From the IMG/VR virus record IMGVR_UViG_3300043443_000423, positions 1 to 59,373 of that record: a DNA stretch of 59,373 nucleotides; one strand, given 5' to 3'. Shown here piece by piece: positions 57,064 through 59,373 of the stretch. The position numbers and the translations under genes are program-made. Positions within the stretch are counted from its first letter, which is position 1. Each line of letters opens with the position of its first letter. This DNA comes from a virus. Taxonomy: Duplodnaviria > Caudoviricetes. Below the pieces are notes generated by a model, which was not told where the DNA came from, searched no databases, and saw only the letters and a program-made list of their open reading frames with translations.

Positions 57064-57175
57064 TGGATTTGTGCTCCGGTTTTCCTGTAAGGGGGTCAAG
57101 GCCGAAGTGCAGCATGAGCTTGGATAACCTAGTCTCGATGCGTACAAGTCGGCGGGTGATGTCATCTTCATTCAT
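56972..57175 (-). CDS. Hypothetical protein
   Basis: ATGA overlap; long 3' overlap with DUF3310 gene. Confidence 0.5.
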   Translation of the reverse strand: MNEDDITRRLVRIETRLSKLMLHFGLDPLTGKPEHKSNESRRDSSGRDPLQGHGSTTLDGHGERPYP

Positions 57176-57546
57176 GGCTTCTTTCTTTTGCGTAAGGCCT
57201 TCTCTGCTTGCCGCTCATCGTGGTGTACAAGGCGGTGGCAGTTGGCGCACAAGGGGATGCACTTCTTGACTTCTTCCATCGCAGCTTTGAACCGCTTGCT
57301 TTGCACCAGCTTGTTGACTGCGTGCTTGGGTGGTGTACGGTCGATGTGATGAAAGTCGATGAGCACGGGGTGCTGTATGCCGCAGTGATGGCATGCAAGC
57401 GAGGACTTGAAGGCGTTCCATTTGTCTTTTGCTGACTTGGACGAACGTCTCGACCTGGCCCGGTGCAGTTCCTTGTTGCGCTCGTAGTAGGCCCTAGAGT
57501 AGACCTTCTGCGCCGCTCGGCGTTTAGCCGGATCCTTGTACGGCAA
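57172..57546 (-). CDS. HNH endonuclease
   Basis: CHHCG..DFHHID..KCIPLCANCHRLVH. Confidence 0.88.
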   Translation of the reverse strand: MPYKDPAKRRAAQKVYSRAYYERNKELHRARSRRSSKSAKDKWNAFKSSLACHHCGIQHPVLIDFHHIDRTPPKHAVNKLVQSKRFKAAMEEVKKCIPLCANCHRLVHHDERQAEKALRKRKKP

Positions 57547-57973
57547 GAGGCTTGCGCCAGTACAGACTTGTACTGTGCGCCCAGGGTTCCGTTGGATCGA
57601 ACATCTTGAAGCCCTCCGAAATAAGTGAATTGGCTGAAACGACGTTGTCGGTGGTGTCCGTGATGGCCCAGTTCATCCCGATGGCTCGAGCGAACCTGCA
57701 GCGCACTCTGATTAGGCGTTTCTGGAGACCTTTGCCGCGATGTGCTTCGAGAACCCCAGCCCGTGACAGATACACGCAATCACTCCACTTGGTGGACACC
57801 ATCATACTACCGAAACCTGCTAACTCTGCCTTGTGGTAGACGATCCACCACCAGCCTTGGGCCGGCGATAGGACCTGATCGTGTGGAAGACACCGCTTCT
57901 GCATGAAACGCAACGCATTCTCCGACTGCGGAGTGTGCTCTACACGACGTACGATGTAGTCCGTTTCTGACAC
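57524..57973 (-). CDS. GNAT-family acetyltransferase
   Basis: YLSRAGVLEAHRGKGLQKRLI acetyl-CoA motif; NVVSANSLISEGF. Confidence 0.85.
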   Translation of the reverse strand: MSETDYIVRRVEHTPQSENALRFMQKRCLPHDQVLSPAQGWWWIVYHKAELAGFGSMMVSTKWSDCVYLSRAGVLEAHRGKGLQKRLIRVRCRFARAIGMNWAITDTTDNVVSANSLISEGFKMFDPTEPWAHSTSLYWRKPLAVQGSG

Positions 57974-58022
57974 GCAATAGTCTCCCGACCAAGCGAAATG
58001 CTTTATAACATACTAACACATA

Positions 58023-58220
58023 TCACACTCCAGGTGAATGCCTGTGCGATCGGGTCTCGGTCCGCTTGAGCCAGGCGTGGTCGTTGTTCCCGCCTTTGAT
58101 GGCTCCCAAGCACAGCATGCAGACGAACCGGGTCTTACCATCAGCGCGGCGGCGCATGCGTCCACCCTCTACAGCCCGAGGGGAGTAACAGCTGGTACAG
58201 AACTTCTGCTCGGCGCTCAT
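58023..58220 (-). CDS. Small zinc-finger protein
   Basis: CTSC..CMLC; ATGA overlap. Confidence 0.6.
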   Translation of the reverse strand: MSAEQKFCTSCYSPRAVEGGRMRRRADGKTRFVCMLCLGAIKGGNNDHAWLKRTETRSHRHSPGV

Positions 58221-58459
58221 GCCATGTCTCCTGCATGCAGCTGCCATTCGTCGTTCTTGTGTCGTCGTGGGGCGAGCTTCTCCTTGATATGCGATGGCAC
58301 CTTTGGGAGCGGTGCCCAGGCCGTGGCCCAGTTACCCCATGTCCCGATGACGCAGACACCGCCTGCGTTCAACAGCAGCATCTTCACGCCTAACGGCGGT
58401 GGTGATTCTTCGGGCGTTCGCCATACGCTCTCACCGCTGATGTATTCCTTCATGCTCAT
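58217..58459 (-). CDS. DUF551-like small protein
   Basis: PPPLGVKMLLL..TAWAPLPK. Confidence 0.6.
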   Translation of the reverse strand: MSMKEYISGESVWRTPEESPPPLGVKMLLLNAGGVCVIGTWGNWATAWAPLPKVPSHIKEKLAPRRHKNDEWQLHAGDMA

Positions 58460-58728
58460 AGTCCAAATGGGTTGTGAAAGTCGTACTGTCCCGTCTCCTC
58501 GGTCTTCGGCTTCACGGCGCTGTAGTGCAGCTTCCATGCGGCTCTCTTGAACCCTGGGCGATGGATATAGAGCTTCTCAGGGCGAACCAGGTTGGCTTTG
58601 GCAAGCCTCCTCATGGACATCCGAATGCCGTCGGTGGACATGTTGAACTTGGCCGCGAGGTCGTAGACAGAGACGGGGTTACGACGCTGCTTGAGAAACT
58701 GCAGAATCGCTTCTTGCGTTGAATTCAT
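58456..58728 (-). CDS. Winged-helix protein, allele B
   Basis: Same as 23-295 with one K/H substitution. Confidence 0.7.
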   Translation of the reverse strand: MNSTQEAILQFLKQRRNPVSVYDLAAKFNMSTDGIRMSMRRLAKANLVRPEKLYIHRPGFKRAAWKLHYSAVKPKTEETGQYDFHNPFGL

Positions 58729-59051
58729 TTCGATATGGTGTCCTTTGCTTGGTAGTACCACGCCCACGCGCCTCGCTTGCCGTTTGCCCACTTGTAGCGC
58801 GACTCTCTTTCGATCAATCCTCTTGCCATCAGAACTTTGAGGTGTTTCCTTGCTCCCTCTGTCGTGCAGCCAAAGTGAGAGGCAAGATCGTTGAGCGAGT
58901 AGGGCTGGGTAAGATGGGCGAGGTAGATCTTCTCGGTTTTCGTCAGTGGTTTGTGCTTGCGGAGAATCTGCCTGACTAGCGCTTTCACCTGATCGGTGTG
59001 ATGAACAAGTCCTAAGTTATGAGCCATCCGTTGGATCTCAACGTCTGTCAT
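58725..59051 (-). CDS. Winged-helix protein, allele B (108 aa)
   Basis: Same length as 292-618, diverged N-terminal part, identical C-terminus. Confidence 0.8.
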   Translation of the reverse strand: MTDVEIQRMAHNLGLVHHTDQVKALVRQILRKHKPLTKTEKIYLAHLTQPYSLNDLASHFGCTTEGARKHLKVLMARGLIERESRYKWANGKRGAWAWYYQAKDTISK

Positions 59052-59251
59052 TAATCACCCCTTGCTCTGTTAATTGGCGTTGGTAACGCGATCAGTTCAC
59101 GCAGCGCGTCCATTGTTTTGTAGCGTGGATTAGCGCATTGATCAGTGGCTATACGGCTGACCGCAGGCTTGCCAACACCGAGGTATTTAGAAATGCCTTG
59201 CCGGGTCCAGCCAACCATTTCAAGCGTTGCAATCATGTCTGCTGGTTTCAT
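59051..59251 (-). CDS. XRE/Cro-like HTH protein present only in allele B
   Basis: GWTRQGISKYLGVGKPAVSRIAT..NPRYKTMDAL; ends RARGD. Confidence 0.75.
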   Translation of the reverse strand: MKPADMIATLEMVGWTRQGISKYLGVGKPAVSRIATDQCANPRYKTMDALRELIALPTPINRARGD

Positions 59252-59373
59252 TGCTCACCCCACACAAGCACGTCCGCCTTTCCGGTAAACACCATCCACG
59301 CAGCCGTAACGCGCTTTTTGATGTTGATCCCAGACCAGCTTTCTGGTCTGGCTGGCGCCCACAAGCCATTTTT

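Larger units (their letters stand above)
1..59373. mobile_element. Complete temperate tailed phage genome (podovirus-like), circularly overlapping ends
   Basis: Terminase, portal, capsid, lysis, integrase and replication genes; no host housekeeping genes; 1-127 equals 58434-58560 and 615-740 equals 59248-59373. Confidence 0.95.
58434..59373. repeat. Right copy of terminally duplicated locus (allele B, +200 nt)
   Basis: Offset to left copy is 58433 before and 58633 after the inserted gene. Confidence 0.95.

Noticed and set aside
58434-59373. True direct terminal repeat or DGR TR/VR pair
   Set aside because: Copies differ by a whole gene and by synonymous changes not restricted to adenines; 126-127 nt exact end matches fit an assembler k-mer overlap
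1-59373. Alternative genetic code or interrupted core genes
   Set aside because: Core genes are full length in the standard code and coupled at all three stop codons; no intron or intein motifs noticed

Overview
The window is an apparently complete, circular, GC-rich temperate tailed-phage genome with a unit length of about 58.4-58.6 kb. Its podovirus-like architecture and spanin lysis genes imply a Gram-negative host; Betaproteobacteria is an inference. The + strand (10.5-45.2 kb) carries packaging, capsid, tail and receptor-binding, lysis and ejection genes, then attP and a tyrosine integrase. The - strand carries xis, a replication module (primase-DUF927, SSB, SNF2 helicase, nucleases, family A polymerase) and many small early genes including a MoxR-AAA/VWA cluster. 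The two contig ends are two alleles of one locus that differ by an exact gene-sized 200-nt insertion. The most notable observations are: (1) a small RHH-like protein beside an iteron/IHF-rich origin-like region that ends in a near copy of the phage SSB acidic tail; (2) small-gene cassettes joined by a shared RARG-coding/RBS linker; (3) several candidate structured RNAs, including a boxA-containing early leader; (4) LamG receptor modules of differing base composition separated by conserved linkers. All family calls come from motif recognition by eye; no searches or folding programs were run.
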